From Leptogorgia sarmentosa (taxonomy: Eukaryota): a DNA stretch of 64,000 nt. The notes below the pieces were generated by a model that saw only the letters and a program-made list of their open reading frames with translations, was not told the DNA's origin and did no database searches. The DNA lies in contig OZ210885.1 of assembly GCA_964658305.1 (NCBI GenBank), positions 5,270,001 to 5,334,000 on the forward strand, in the 5' to 3' direction. This document shows, piece after piece, positions 36,175 to 47,700 of this stretch; the first letter of the stretch is position 1, and the number at the start of each line of letters is the position of its first letter. Made by a program: the position numbers and the translations under genes.

Positions 36175-39100
36175 AGACATCGAGCAGAGATGCGTAATAA
36201 CGCGCTCTGTACATGTCAATAGTTTCATCGCTGGTTTCATACTTGAATCACAGTATTTCTTAGTAACTGTTTAATTTTACAATCGCACGATTAACGTCAT
36301 GATTCGCTCAAGTTTTATTGCGATGCTTTTAATTTGTATCGTCTGTACTTTTTGTGGTCAAGACTTCATCACGCTCGGTCGCCATTCATGGCGTTGTAAA
36401 CAACGAATGAACCCGACAGAGGAAGATCAACCTCGTACAAGACAAGTACCCGTCATGCAATCTCCTAATGTCCCTGTGTCCAGTCGAACAGTCGTTAAAT
36501 GTTCTTGTGGCAAAATATGCAAAGGGGCGCGTGGCCTTAAAATGCATCAGCGCAGTTGTCAAGTGATACATGGCCTTAACAACGAGCTTTGCAGAGATCT
36601 TGAGGAGCAAATAACAGCGGATAATTCCCCAGATCCATCAGAAAACAATCACTCGGACAATCTCATTGATGTTGTTAATGACGAACATTATCCTGAATTA
36701 AAAAAGGGCATAAATCTCCCTAAAAGCGAGTCAGAATGGTCACGGGCTAACGATTATTTTAAATGTTCCCTCCAAATAAACAATCCAATCACAATACAGG
36801 ATGTAAATTCAAAAATCAAGTTCTTGAATGACACGATATATAACTACTTCGCATCTAACTTTGGACAAAATGAATCTGTACCCGACAACAATATGGTTAT
36901 CAAATACAAAGAACATTCCGTGAAAGAACTCAAGAAAGTTTTAAAAAATTTAAAAACCAATAACGGCGACCTAGGTGAAATCAAATATATATCGCGTGTA
37001 TTGCGTGATAAACTCCGTAACAATAGCAACAACGCAGACGGATTAAATAACAGTGAATCAATAAACCACGACAAATATCTTGGACGCAATTTTTGGGGCT
37101 ATGTGAAAAATATATTAAACAAACAAGATACAAGTTTACCATCATTCAATATGGCTGAATGTTTGTCCTATTTCTCGAAGTCGTTAGCTAGAATCAGTCC
37201 AAATAAACTTTTTGACATTCCCAGCTGGATTCCAAAATTGTCTGATCCCCAAGTTCAATTTAACCTTGACCCTCCGACGTATCAACAAATTACTAATATT
37301 ATACGCAAAATGAAATCATCTGGTTCTCCTTGTCCCTTAGACCAACTTTCCATAATTAGTTTCAAGCGATGTCCTTACTTGAGAACTTATCTTACTGACC
37401 TCATTCGTGAAATTTGGCAATCTGGAACTGTACCGACTGAATGGAAAAGAGCATGCACCATACTCATTCACAAGAAAGGTGACACCAATAACCCGTCAAA
37501 TTTCCGTCCGATAACACTCGAATCAATACCATTAAAAGTATTTACATCCTGTCTTCGAAATGAAATATTCTCCTTCCTGGCCTCCAACAACTTTATTGAA
37601 CACACGATTCAAAAAGGCTTTACTCCTAACCTTTCTGGCACTCTAGAACATACCGCGCAAATGGCCGACATCATCAATAAAGCACGAATTAGGCAACGCT
37701 CTGTTGTCATCACCCTTCTTGACCTCAAGAACGCGTTTGGCGAAATCCATCACAACCTAATCCAATCCGTACTTGACTATCACCATATCCCCGACCATAT
37801 TAAATTTGTTATCAAGAGTTTATACACCGATTTCCAGACCTCCATAATAACCTCCAAATTCCACACTCCTTTCATCACAGTTGGTCGCGGTGTACTGCAA
37901 GGAGATTGCCTCAGTCCCCTCCTTTTTAACATGTGTTTCAACACATTCATTCAACATATAAATGCTGACAAATACCGTCAATTCGGCTTTTCCTTTAAAA
38001 TGCTAAATCCTCTCCACTGGTTCCAATTTGCTGATGACGCGGCTGTAGTTACTGGGCAAGAATCTGAAAATCAACACCTCTTAAATCGGTTCTCTATCTG
38101 GTGCCAATGGGCCAACATGATTATTCGAGTTGACAAGTGCAGTACCTTCGGGATCAAAAAAGCTGTCACAAAGTCTGTCCAGTACCTGCCAAAACTTCTC
38201 ATTGACAATCAGCTAATTCCAAAAATTAACATTGGAGAATCATTTCAATATTTAGGGCGCTTCTTTGATTTCCATATGTCCAACGACAAGCATAAAACTG
38301 AAATAATAACTCTGATTGATAAACTTATGACTGATATTGACTCGAAACCATTGCATCCAAAAAATAAACTTCTCCTGTACAGTCGTTACGTGCTATCCAA
38401 GTTATCCTGGCACTTTACGGTTGCTAGTATATCGAAGACGTGGATAACCGAAAACCTCGATTCCAAAGTAAACTGTTTTATTCGTAAATGGCTTGATATA
38501 CCTATATCGGGAACGCTGAGTAATGTCTTCCTTACACGAAACAAATTTGGTTTAAATATTTGTCCTCCATCTGTCAAATTCATCCAATGCCAAACCGTCA
38601 TCCGTAAAGCTCTTAAAACATCTCCAAACCTCGAAATCGCTGAACTCTGGAAGTCAACCAATGGCAACAAAAACATCCAGTATGATACGTACAACTCCAC
38701 CAAGCAAGTTCTTAAAGATTTCCGTTCAGGACAAGAGGATAGACTTCAAAACCGTTTAACCTGTCAAGGCTCCTTTTTCAAAAATGTCACGAAGTTTTCA
38801 CTCCCCCAACTAAACAAAACATGGAGTCTATCCCAATCAAAACTACCGAAAAATATATTCAACTTTACAATACGATATATCAATAACTCTCTTCCGACGC
38901 GCAAAAATCTTGTAAGATGGGGTATATCAACAACGTCGGACTGCGCCTATTGCCTAGCTCCTGAAACGCTCCTACACGTGGTAGCCGGTTGCCAGTCGTA
39001 CTTAAAACGTTTCACATGGAGGCATGACTCGATTTTAAACTTCCTTGCTACAAACCTCCCAACTACCAACCAATCATCTCTTTATGTGGATCTACCCGGC

Positions 39101-39655
39101 CACAAAAGCCCATCAATTATCACCGGTGACAACTATCGCCCAGATTTACTTCTCTTAACAAATAGTGGCTGTCTCTACATTGTCGAACTAACTGTTGGTT
39201 TTGAATCAAATCTTGAAAATAACATTAAACGAAAAAAGAGCAAATACTTGGAATTGATTAGTGAACAGCGTAAAAATTTCAAATCAGTTAAATTTGTAAA
39301 TCTCTCAATGAGTTCCCTTGGTATTTTTGCAAACCAATGCTCAGAATTCTTAGAAATGCTCGACGACCTTGGCCTTGAAAATAACCAGAAAATGTTCCAT
39401 ATCAAACGAATGAAGTCGATTGCAATCAGAACAACATATTATATATTTTGTTGTCGGAATAAAGAGTGGACAAATCCGGAATTACTGACTTTTTAAATGT
39501 TTATATTTCTTATTTGTTATTTGTTATATTGTTGTACGTCCATTATATAACATTGTAGTTCAATAATTGATTCAAGTAGCGGATTGTAAATTACCTGACA
39601 TAAGTGAGATTTACAATTTTATATGTATACTAAAAAAGTTTATTAATAAAGTTTC

Positions 39656-39713
<58 letters not shown>
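36175..39713 (+). mobile_element. Full-length RLE non-LTR retrotransposon (HERO-like), family A, with (ATT)19 tail
   Basis: 5' end AGACATCGAGCAGAG (shared with family C), single ORF, structured 3' UTR, AATAAA, (ATT)n at 39657-39713. Confidence 0.92.
36299..39496 (+). CDS. Intact 1065-aa protein: two N-terminal Zn fingers, reverse transcriptase, CCHC knuckle, restriction-like endonuclease
   Basis: CTFC..RHSWRC; CSCGKICKGARGLKMHQRSC; FRPITL; LDLKNAF; QGDCLSP; FADD; CAYC...HVVAGC; RHD; RPDL...VELTV..E...K..KY. Confidence 0.95.
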   Translation: MIRSSFIAMLLICIVCTFCGQDFITLGRHSWRCKQRMNPTEEDQPRTRQVPVMQSPNVPVSSRTVVKCSCGKICKGARGLKMHQRSCQVIHGLNNELCRDLEEQITADNSPDPSENNHSDNLIDVVNDEHYPELKKGINLPKSESEWSRANDYFKCSLQINNPITIQDVNSKIKFLNDTIYNYFASNFGQNESVPDNNMVIKYKEHSVKELKKVLKNLKTNNGDLGEIKYISRVLRDKLRNNSNNADGLNNSESINHDKYLGRNFWGYVKNILNKQDTSLPSFNMAECLSYFSKSLARISPNKLFDIPSWIPKLSDPQVQFNLDPPTYQQITNIIRKMKSSGSPCPLDQLSIISFKRCPYLRTYLTDLIREIWQSGTVPTEWKRACTILIHKKGDTNNPSNFRPITLESIPLKVFTSCLRNEIFSFLASNNFIEHTIQKGFTPNLSGTLEHTAQMADIINKARIRQRSVVITLLDLKNAFGEIHHNLIQSVLDYHHIPDHIKFVIKSLYTDFQTSIITSKFHTPFITVGRGVLQGDCLSPLLFNMCFNTFIQHINADKYRQFGFSFKMLNPLHWFQFADDAAVVTGQESENQHLLNRFSIWCQWANMIIRVDKCSTFGIKKAVTKSVQYLPKLLIDNQLIPKINIGESFQYLGRFFDFHMSNDKHKTEIITLIDKLMTDIDSKPLHPKNKLLLYSRYVLSKLSWHFTVASISKTWITENLDSKVNCFIRKWLDIPISGTLSNVFLTRNKFGLNICPPSVKFIQCQTVIRKALKTSPNLEIAELWKSTNGNKNIQYDTYNSTKQVLKDFRSGQEDRLQNRLTCQGSFFKNVTKFSLPQLNKTWSLSQSKLPKNIFNFTIRYINNSLPTRKNLVRWGISTTSDCAYCLAPETLLHVVAGCQSYLKRFTWRHDSILNFLATNLPTTNQSSLYVDLPGHKSPSIITGDNYRPDLLLLTNSGCLYIVELTVGFESNLENNIKRKKSKYLELISEQRKNFKSVKFVNLSMSSLGIFANQCSEFLEMLDDLGLENNQKMFHIKRMKSIAIRTTYYIFCCRNKEWTNPELLTF

Positions 39714-39714
<1 letters not shown>

Positions 39715-42700
39715 GACATCGAGCAGAGCAAGACGTGCTTTGCACATGTCGAAAGTTATATCGAAATTTTAATACTTGATTTTGAATTCTATAAGTTTCA
39801 AGTCGAATCACATTAATTATGATCCGATCAAGTCTTGTTTGTTTACTTTTGTCTTGTATTATCTGTTCATTTTGTGGAAAAGATTTCGTAACCCTTGGAC
39901 GGCATCAGTGGCGTTGCAAAGACAAGATTGATGATCCTAACCAATTTGTTAATTCAAATACTCCAATACCAAATGCTAGCGTGGAGCCTGTCATTAGTTC
40001 GCCAACTATACCTGTGACCAAAAAGTCTGGAATTAAATGCTGTTGCGGTAAGATTTGTAAGGGCGCTCGAGGTCTCAAGATGCATCAACGAAGCTGTCGG
40101 GTCATCTTGGGGCTGAACAGCGAGCTACTGGAAGATTTATTTGAGCAGACAGAAAGTAACAATGTGGATAGCGAAGACGTAAATCACGTTCACCATCCAG
40201 GAACCCTAAATTGCAATGAACATGACGAATATCCAACTTTGAAAAGGGGTATAAATCTACCTAAAACTAATTCAGAATGGCTAACGGCTAACGATTATTT
40301 CAAATTCTCGATGATGTCTGATTCTCCAATCAAAAGTCAGGATTTAAACGCATCAATTAACCTTTTGAATACCACCATATACAACTACTTTGCCGAAAAC
40401 TTTGGGTATGTAGAACGTCTACCGGACAATTCACTCCTTAATAAGTACGATAATCACAGTATAAAAGACCTAAAAAAAGCCTTGCAACAACTAAAATCTT
40501 CCAACGCTGAATTAACTGAAATTAGATACGTCTCTCGTCTCGTGCGTAATAAACTCAAGACTAAAGCAGCTAATGTTACCCTTCCAAATAATACCGACAA
40601 ATCGTTTAACCACGATAAATGTTTGGAGCGAAATTTCTGGGGATATGTAAAGAAAGTCATTAACCACGACGAATCCATACTCCCAACCTTTAATATGGAC
40701 GACTGCTTAAAGTATTTTAAATCAGTTTTAACCAAGATCAACCCAAACAAAATATTTCAAGTTCCAAGTTGGATTCCGGCGTTAGATTATCCTATTACTG
40801 CCTTTGACCTTGAACCACCGACATATCAACAAATAACAAACATTATTCGCAAAATGAAAACGTCTGGCTCACCTTCCCCTCTTGACCAAATCTCCATTAT
40901 TTCTTTTAAACGTTGTCCGTATCTTCGATCATACCTAACTGAACTTATTCAAGCTGTGTGGCTTTCTGGAACTGTTCCCGACGAATGGAAAAAAGCTTGC
41001 ACAATTTTAATTCATAAGAAACACGATCCTAATCTCCCCGAAAACTTTCGCCCAATAACTCTCCAATCCGTACCACTGAAAGTATTTACATCAAGTCTCC
41101 GTAATGCTATGTTCTCCTATTTACTCGCTAATAACTTTATTGAACACAATATTCAAAAGGGGTTCACTCCACATATATCAGGAACCTTTGAGCACACAGC
41201 ACAAATGGCCTACATCATCAACCAAGCACGTATCAGACAACGATCTCTAGTTATAACCCTCCTTGACCTCAAGAACGCATTCGGTGAAGTACATCATAAT
41301 CTAATTAAATCTGTCCTTAACTATCATCACATACCTGATGAAATTCAACTTATCATTGAAAGCCTCTACACAAACTTTAAAACATCAGTAATCACATCAA
41401 ATTTCAACACACCATTTATACAAGTTGGTCGCGGAGTCTTACAAGGTGACTGCCTCAGCCCACTGCTATTTAACCTTTGTTTTAACACATTTATCCAACA
41501 CATAAAATCCGAGAAATATCAGCAATTTGGTTTCTCATATAAACTTCTCAACCCAATCCACTGGTTCCAGTTCGCAGACGACGCAGCCGTAATCACCGGT
41601 CAAGAATCTGAAAACCAATATTTACTAAACCGATTTGCAATCTGGTGTCAGTGGTCTGACATGACTATTCGTGTTGATAAATGTTGTACCTTTGGCATCA
41701 AGAAAGCTCTTACCAAATCCGTCCAATACCTTCCTAAACTAATTATTAAAAACTCCCTTATCCCTGTCATTGAAATGGGAAAATCATTCTGCTATTTAGG
41801 ACGATACTTTGATTATGAAATATCGGATATTATATGAACATAAGTTGGAACTAATGTCGCTCTTAACAAATAAAATGAAAGAAATAGATCTAAAGCCACT
41901 ACATCCGAAGAACAAAATTCTACTCTATAGCCGCTACATCTTACCAAAACTTTCCTGGCATCTTACCATTACATCAGTTTCAACCTGGATCTCAGAAAAC
42001 CTGGACTCTATATTTGTGCAATATATCCGTAAATGGCTTGAGATTCCGATCTCTGGAACACTTAGTAACGTCTACCTAATCAGCAACAAATTTGGCCTAA
42101 ACATAATTCCACCTTCAACTAAATTTACACAATGTCAGACAACCATTCGAACTAGTTTGAAATCATCTCCCAATGAATCTATAACCCACCTCTGGAAATC
42201 AACCAAAAACCACACTAATATCCAACATGATCAGTACAGCTCCACCAAGGAAGTAATTAAGTCATTTCGTGACAGTCAAGAAAATAAACTAACCACTCAA
42301 CTAACGTCTCAAGGCTCATTTTTCAACAGTGTATCAAGATACTCCCTGCCACAGGCAAACACAATCTGGTCAACTTGCCAATCCAAACTGCCCAAAAACA
42401 TTTTCAACTTCACTATCCGGTATATCAACAACACGCTTCCGACCCGCAAAAACCTTGCAAGATGGGGAATTTCATCAAGTTCAGACTGCTCGTTCTGCTT
42501 ACACCCTGAATCACTTCTACACGTTGCTGCCGGTTGTCAACACTATTTGGAACGATTTACTTGGAGACACGATTGCATACTAAACTTTCTTGCAAAAACT
42601 TTTCAAAGTTTAAACGAATGCAAATTAAATGTTGATCTTCCTGGATTCGAAAGCCCCTCGACTATTACAGGAAATGAATACCGTCCTGATTTGCTTGTCT

Positions 42701-42756
42701 CCACTTCGGACAAACACCTCTACGTTGTTGAACTTACCGTAGGCTTGAACTTACCG
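39714..42756 (+). mobile_element. Family C RLE retrotransposon: 5' intact, frameshift near 41825, truncated within the endonuclease
   Basis: ORFs 39819-41837 and 41809 onward are collinear with family A but clearly diverged; homology stops after YVVELTVG. Confidence 0.9.
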
Positions 42757-42759
42757 AAC

Positions 42760-44686
42760 AACGCGTTTGGCGAAATCCATCACAACCTAATCCAATCCGT
42801 ACTTGACTATCACCATATCCCCGACCATATTAAATTTGTTATCAAGAGTTTATACACCGATTTCCAGACCTCCATAATAACCTCCAAATTCCACACTCCT
42901 TTCATCACAGTTGGTCGCGGTGTACTGCAAGGAGATTGCCTCAGTCCCCTCCTTTTCAACATGTGTTTCAACACATTCATTCAACATATAAATGCTGACA
43001 AATACCGTCAATTCGGCTTTTCCTTTAAAATGCTAAATCCTCTCCACTGATTCCAATTTGCTGATGACGCGGCTGTAGTTACTGGGCAAGAATCTGAAAA
43101 TCAACACCTCTTAAATCGGTTCTCTATCTGGTGCCAATGGGCCAACATGATTATTCGAGTTGACAAGTGCAGTACCTTCGGGATCAAAAAAGCTGTCACA
43201 AAGTCTGTCCAGTACCTGCCAAAACTTCTCATTGACAATCAGCTAATTCCAAAAATTAACATTGGAGAATCATTTCAATATTTAGGGCGCTTCTTTGATT
43301 TCCATATGTCCAACGACAAGCATAAAACTGAAATAATAACTCTGGTTGATAAACTTATGACTGATATTGACTCGAAACCATTGCATCCAAAAAATAAACT
43401 TCTCCTGTACAGTCGTTACGTGCTATCCAAGTTATCCTGGCACTTTACGGTTGCTAGTATATCGAAGACGTGGATAACCGAAAACCTCGATTCCAAAGTA
43501 AACTGTTTTATTCGTAAATGGCTTGATATACCTATATCGGGAACGCTGAGTAATGTCTTCCTTACACGAAACAAATTTGGTTTAAATATTTGTCCTCCAT
43601 CTGTCAAATTCATCCAATGCCAAACCGTCATCCGTAAAGCTCTTAAAACATCTCCAAACCTCGAAATCGCTGAACTCTGGAAGTCAACCAATGGCAACAA
43701 AAACATCCAATATGATACGTACAACTCTACCAAGCAAGTTCTTAAAGATTTCCGTTCAGGACAAGAGGATAGACTTCAAAACCGTTTAACCTGTCAAGGC
43801 TCCTTTTTCAAAAATGTCACGAAGTTTTCACTCCCCCAACTAAACAAAACATGGAGTCTATCCCAATCAAAACTACCGAAAAATATATTCAACTTTACAA
43901 TACGATATATCAATAACTCTCTTCCGACGCGCAAAAATCTTGTAAGATGGGGTATATCAACAACGTCGGACTGCGCCTATTGCCTAGCTCCTGAAACGCT
44001 CCTACACGTGGTAGCCGGTTGCCAGTCGTACTTAAAACGTTTCACATGGAGGCATGACTCGATTTTAAACTTCCTTGCTACAAACCTCCCAACTACCAAC
44101 CAATCATCTCTTTATGTGGATCTACCCGGCCACAAAAGCCCATCAATTATCACCGGTGACAACTATCGCCCAGATTTACTTCTCTTAACAAATAGTGGCT
44201 GTCTCTACATTGTCGAACTAACTGTTGGTTTTGAATCAAATCTTGAAAATAACATTAAACGAAAAAAGAGCAAATACTTGGAATTGATTAGTGAACAGCG
44301 TAAAAATTTCAAATCAGTTAAATTTGTAAATCTCTCAATGAGTTCCCTTGGTATTTTTGCAAACCAATGCTCAGAATTCTTAGAAATGCTCGACGACCTT
44401 GGCCTTGAAATAACCAGAAAATGTTCCATATCAAACCAATGACGACGATTGCAATCAGAACAACATATTATATATTTTGTTGTCGGAATAAAGAGTGGAC
44501 AAATCCGGAATTACTGACTTTTTAAATGTTTATATTTGTTATTTGTTATTTGTTATATTGTTGTACGTCCATTATATAACATTGTAGTTCAATAATTGAT
44601 TCAAGTAGCGGATTGTAAATTACCTGACATAAGTGAGATTTACAATTTTATATGTATACTAAAAAAGTTTATTAATAAAGTTTCCA
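42760..44686 (+). mobile_element. 5'-truncated family A copy (from A position 37730), nonsense at 43048-43050, 1-bp deletion near 44410, no (ATT)n tail
   Basis: Near-identical to 37730-39657; TGG changed to TGA; ends TTTCCA|CTATTT. Confidence 0.92.
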
Positions 44687-44753
44687 CTATTTAGTCATAT
44701 CAACTCAATAGCTGACAAGAGCAATTCAGTGATTGACGGAGATGACCTCGCTG

Positions 44754-47700
44754 CTACTGATGTTGACTGAAAAGGAAATAATAATCACGCTAAGTCTCTT
44801 TTTTTGAGTGGGGCGGAAAAAAACTCTGAACGTTCCCTGAACGCACAGGGAACAAGATGAAGGGCTTATGATGTAATGCGTTGAAAAATCTCAGACATCG
44901 CAGGTCACAACATGAACGTAAGAGTAGGAATGGGGTTTAAAGTTGGGCTTGGGATCATATCCGTTATCAGGTTATTGAGAAATTGTAGATACTAATCGTA
45001 CTGAATGTAGCATGTGCACATACCTTTCCTGGCATGTGTCCAGATTTGAAATCTGAACACGAATAAGAAGACAATCATTCTTCAAGTACTGACGAGCCTC
45101 CAAGGTCTCAATGCGAGCGAACTCGGCATATCCGTAACCTTTGCGATTCCGGGGGGTTGTAGGTCGCTGAAATGCCAGAAGGTTTGGTCTGGTTACCAAG
45201 GTTTCACTGATATGACGTTTGTATTCGCCATCATCACGCTGGTCGAGGATAGACAAGGATATTTTACCTGTGAGAAACATTCAGATATTATATAGAGATC
45301 AGTGAACGGAAGTAGCGATAGTTGCTCCGATCGACAGAATTTTGAGGTGTATATTTTGTATATTTTTATTGTTGTTATTATATTGATGTTTTTGTTGTGT
45401 TTTTTAAATGCGATTTTGGGCCATTTTAAATCATTGAGCGATGCCGAATATTCTTTAACCTCGTACCTGAAAATGGCCACTCCAGTGTGTCATCCCAGTC
45501 AGACTGCATCATGTGAACAAACAAGGAGACATGAGAACCATATCCAGTGTCTACACCATTTGGGTTGATTCTAAAATCAGATATACATATTGAAGTTGAT
45601 TTCCACCAGTGGCGAAGCCAGCCTCACAATTTGGTCATGCTATGCAAGTCTTGAATCATCATCATTGTTTATTTGTTTAGGAATTGACACGGCCTATGAA
45701 CACAAGACTATTAGAATAGCATGACCCATTTGTCGGGTTGGTTTCGCCACTCGTTTGCACCAAGCAGGTATTAGTACAACACCTATTAGTGTTTTTTCAG
45801 CACAACAACGAATAAATTTTTGGTGGCGAAATACGTTGAAAACGAGCTTTATTTTGCTTTAAAACTTTGCTCTGCTGCTGATATGAGTTTACGATATTAT
45901 AACAATGTCATAATTAAGAAGTAATAGAATTATAATACGTTGTTGTTCCCAGAAATTTTGTCTTGTGCAGCTCTGTGGCTGCAGCTACTGTAAAAGTCTG
46001 TCGCATCAAAAATGGTTTCAGTCACTTGATATGTGGTTAATATAGTTAGTGAAGAACGTATACCTTAGACAAAGTTTATAACCATAAACGTTTGTGTAGA
46101 ATGGGGGACTGTACAAAGCTGTCACCACATTTTCACGTGCATTCTCCAAATGACGGTCGTATCCCGTAATCCTCCACAAATATACTCCGTTGCACCTACG
46201 AGCTTCCAGTTCGGTTAAAGAGTTTTTCAAAACAGTTATACGTCCTTCATTTTCTCTTTGTAGTCTTTCAAGACGACCTAAGATGACGTCAATAATAGAG
46301 TTCGAACAAGAGTATCTTTAAAATGTCCACATAATTGTTACAACTTCATGTACTTTACTTATGGAGTGACTGACATAAGTTATATAATTTAATGTTCAAA
46401 TTGCTTTCAATGCAATGAAAAGTCGACTTCAAAAATGGACCCACGTGATCATGGGGAGTTCTTGCATTTGATGTTTCTAAGTCTGCGGTTTCATAAAGCT
46501 GTTCTTGCATTGGTACGTTTAATGAAACAGGCATTTGGTTATCATTTTCCCCTCTAGTTATATAATTCATTTGTCCAGCAGCACCCACCTGCAAGTTCAC
46601 TGTATCTTCGCTCGATTTGCTCAATTCTGCCTTCCAATGTTGCAATGCTTTCTGCATTTCTATTTCGTGCGCGATTCAACTCTTCCAAAACAGTTCCACC
46701 GACGGCACTATTTCCGGTGCCACTACCGCTGGCACCACCACTGCCTTCAGATCTTGCTGCACCATTTTTGCTCTTGTCTCGTCCGTTGCCAGGAATGAGC
46801 GCAGCAATAACGTTACACAGCTTGGTCAAATGTGCCGCCATGCTGGCTTCGTTGGTCAAATGATTTTGGTAACTGATTCTTAAACCCTAAGGAATAGCAA
46901 AACAGTTATTTCATGGTACGTTCACAGTTGATTACACTACGGTAAATGGCAAAATACGTACCGTCCATTTGCAACCATATTGCTTGAAGTCACAAACAGC
47001 TTGAGCTTTTGGACATTCCTTTTCATGACCTGCGGTCAACTAAAAGGATAAGTTATATGTTAAAAAGGGCAAAGTATTCCCAACGGTTTTGCGCGCTCAA
47101 TTTTTTGTTGTTTCATTGGTTGCATAAACAGTGCGCGATTCATGTTGAAATCGCACTGCCATAAGGTGCGATTTCCGCTGAAATTGCGACCTGTCAACCA
47201 ATCAAAATGATTGAATGACCATTAATTTCAAAATGAATATAATAGCCTGGACATCGGATCTTCTCTTCATCTAATTTTTTCAGAATGATTACCTTTTCTC
47301 TCAGCATTTTCTTGTTGCAATTCGGACATGGAACTACAACTTTCTGGCATTTTACCAAGTGATCCTAAAAGTTGTAAACAGCGAAATAAAACAATGAATG
47401 ATATTTGACATTCAGAAATACTTTGTACGTAAGTGATTGAAAATGTTTGTGCAACAAAATACATACAAAAAAGTGTCATATATATAAATATATGTTATAG
47501 ACTGAGTGTGAGATCCGTACTGGAGGATACTGCACGGTCGAGTTCTTTTCTCGCTTGTTCATGGACCGAGCCGAAGGCGAGGTCCATAAACAAGCGAGAA
47601 AAGAACGAGACCGTGCAGTATCCTCCAGTACGGATCGAACAAACTCAGTCAATAAGCTATTTATTATATGGCAAAAGATAAACAAAACTCGTTTACAACA

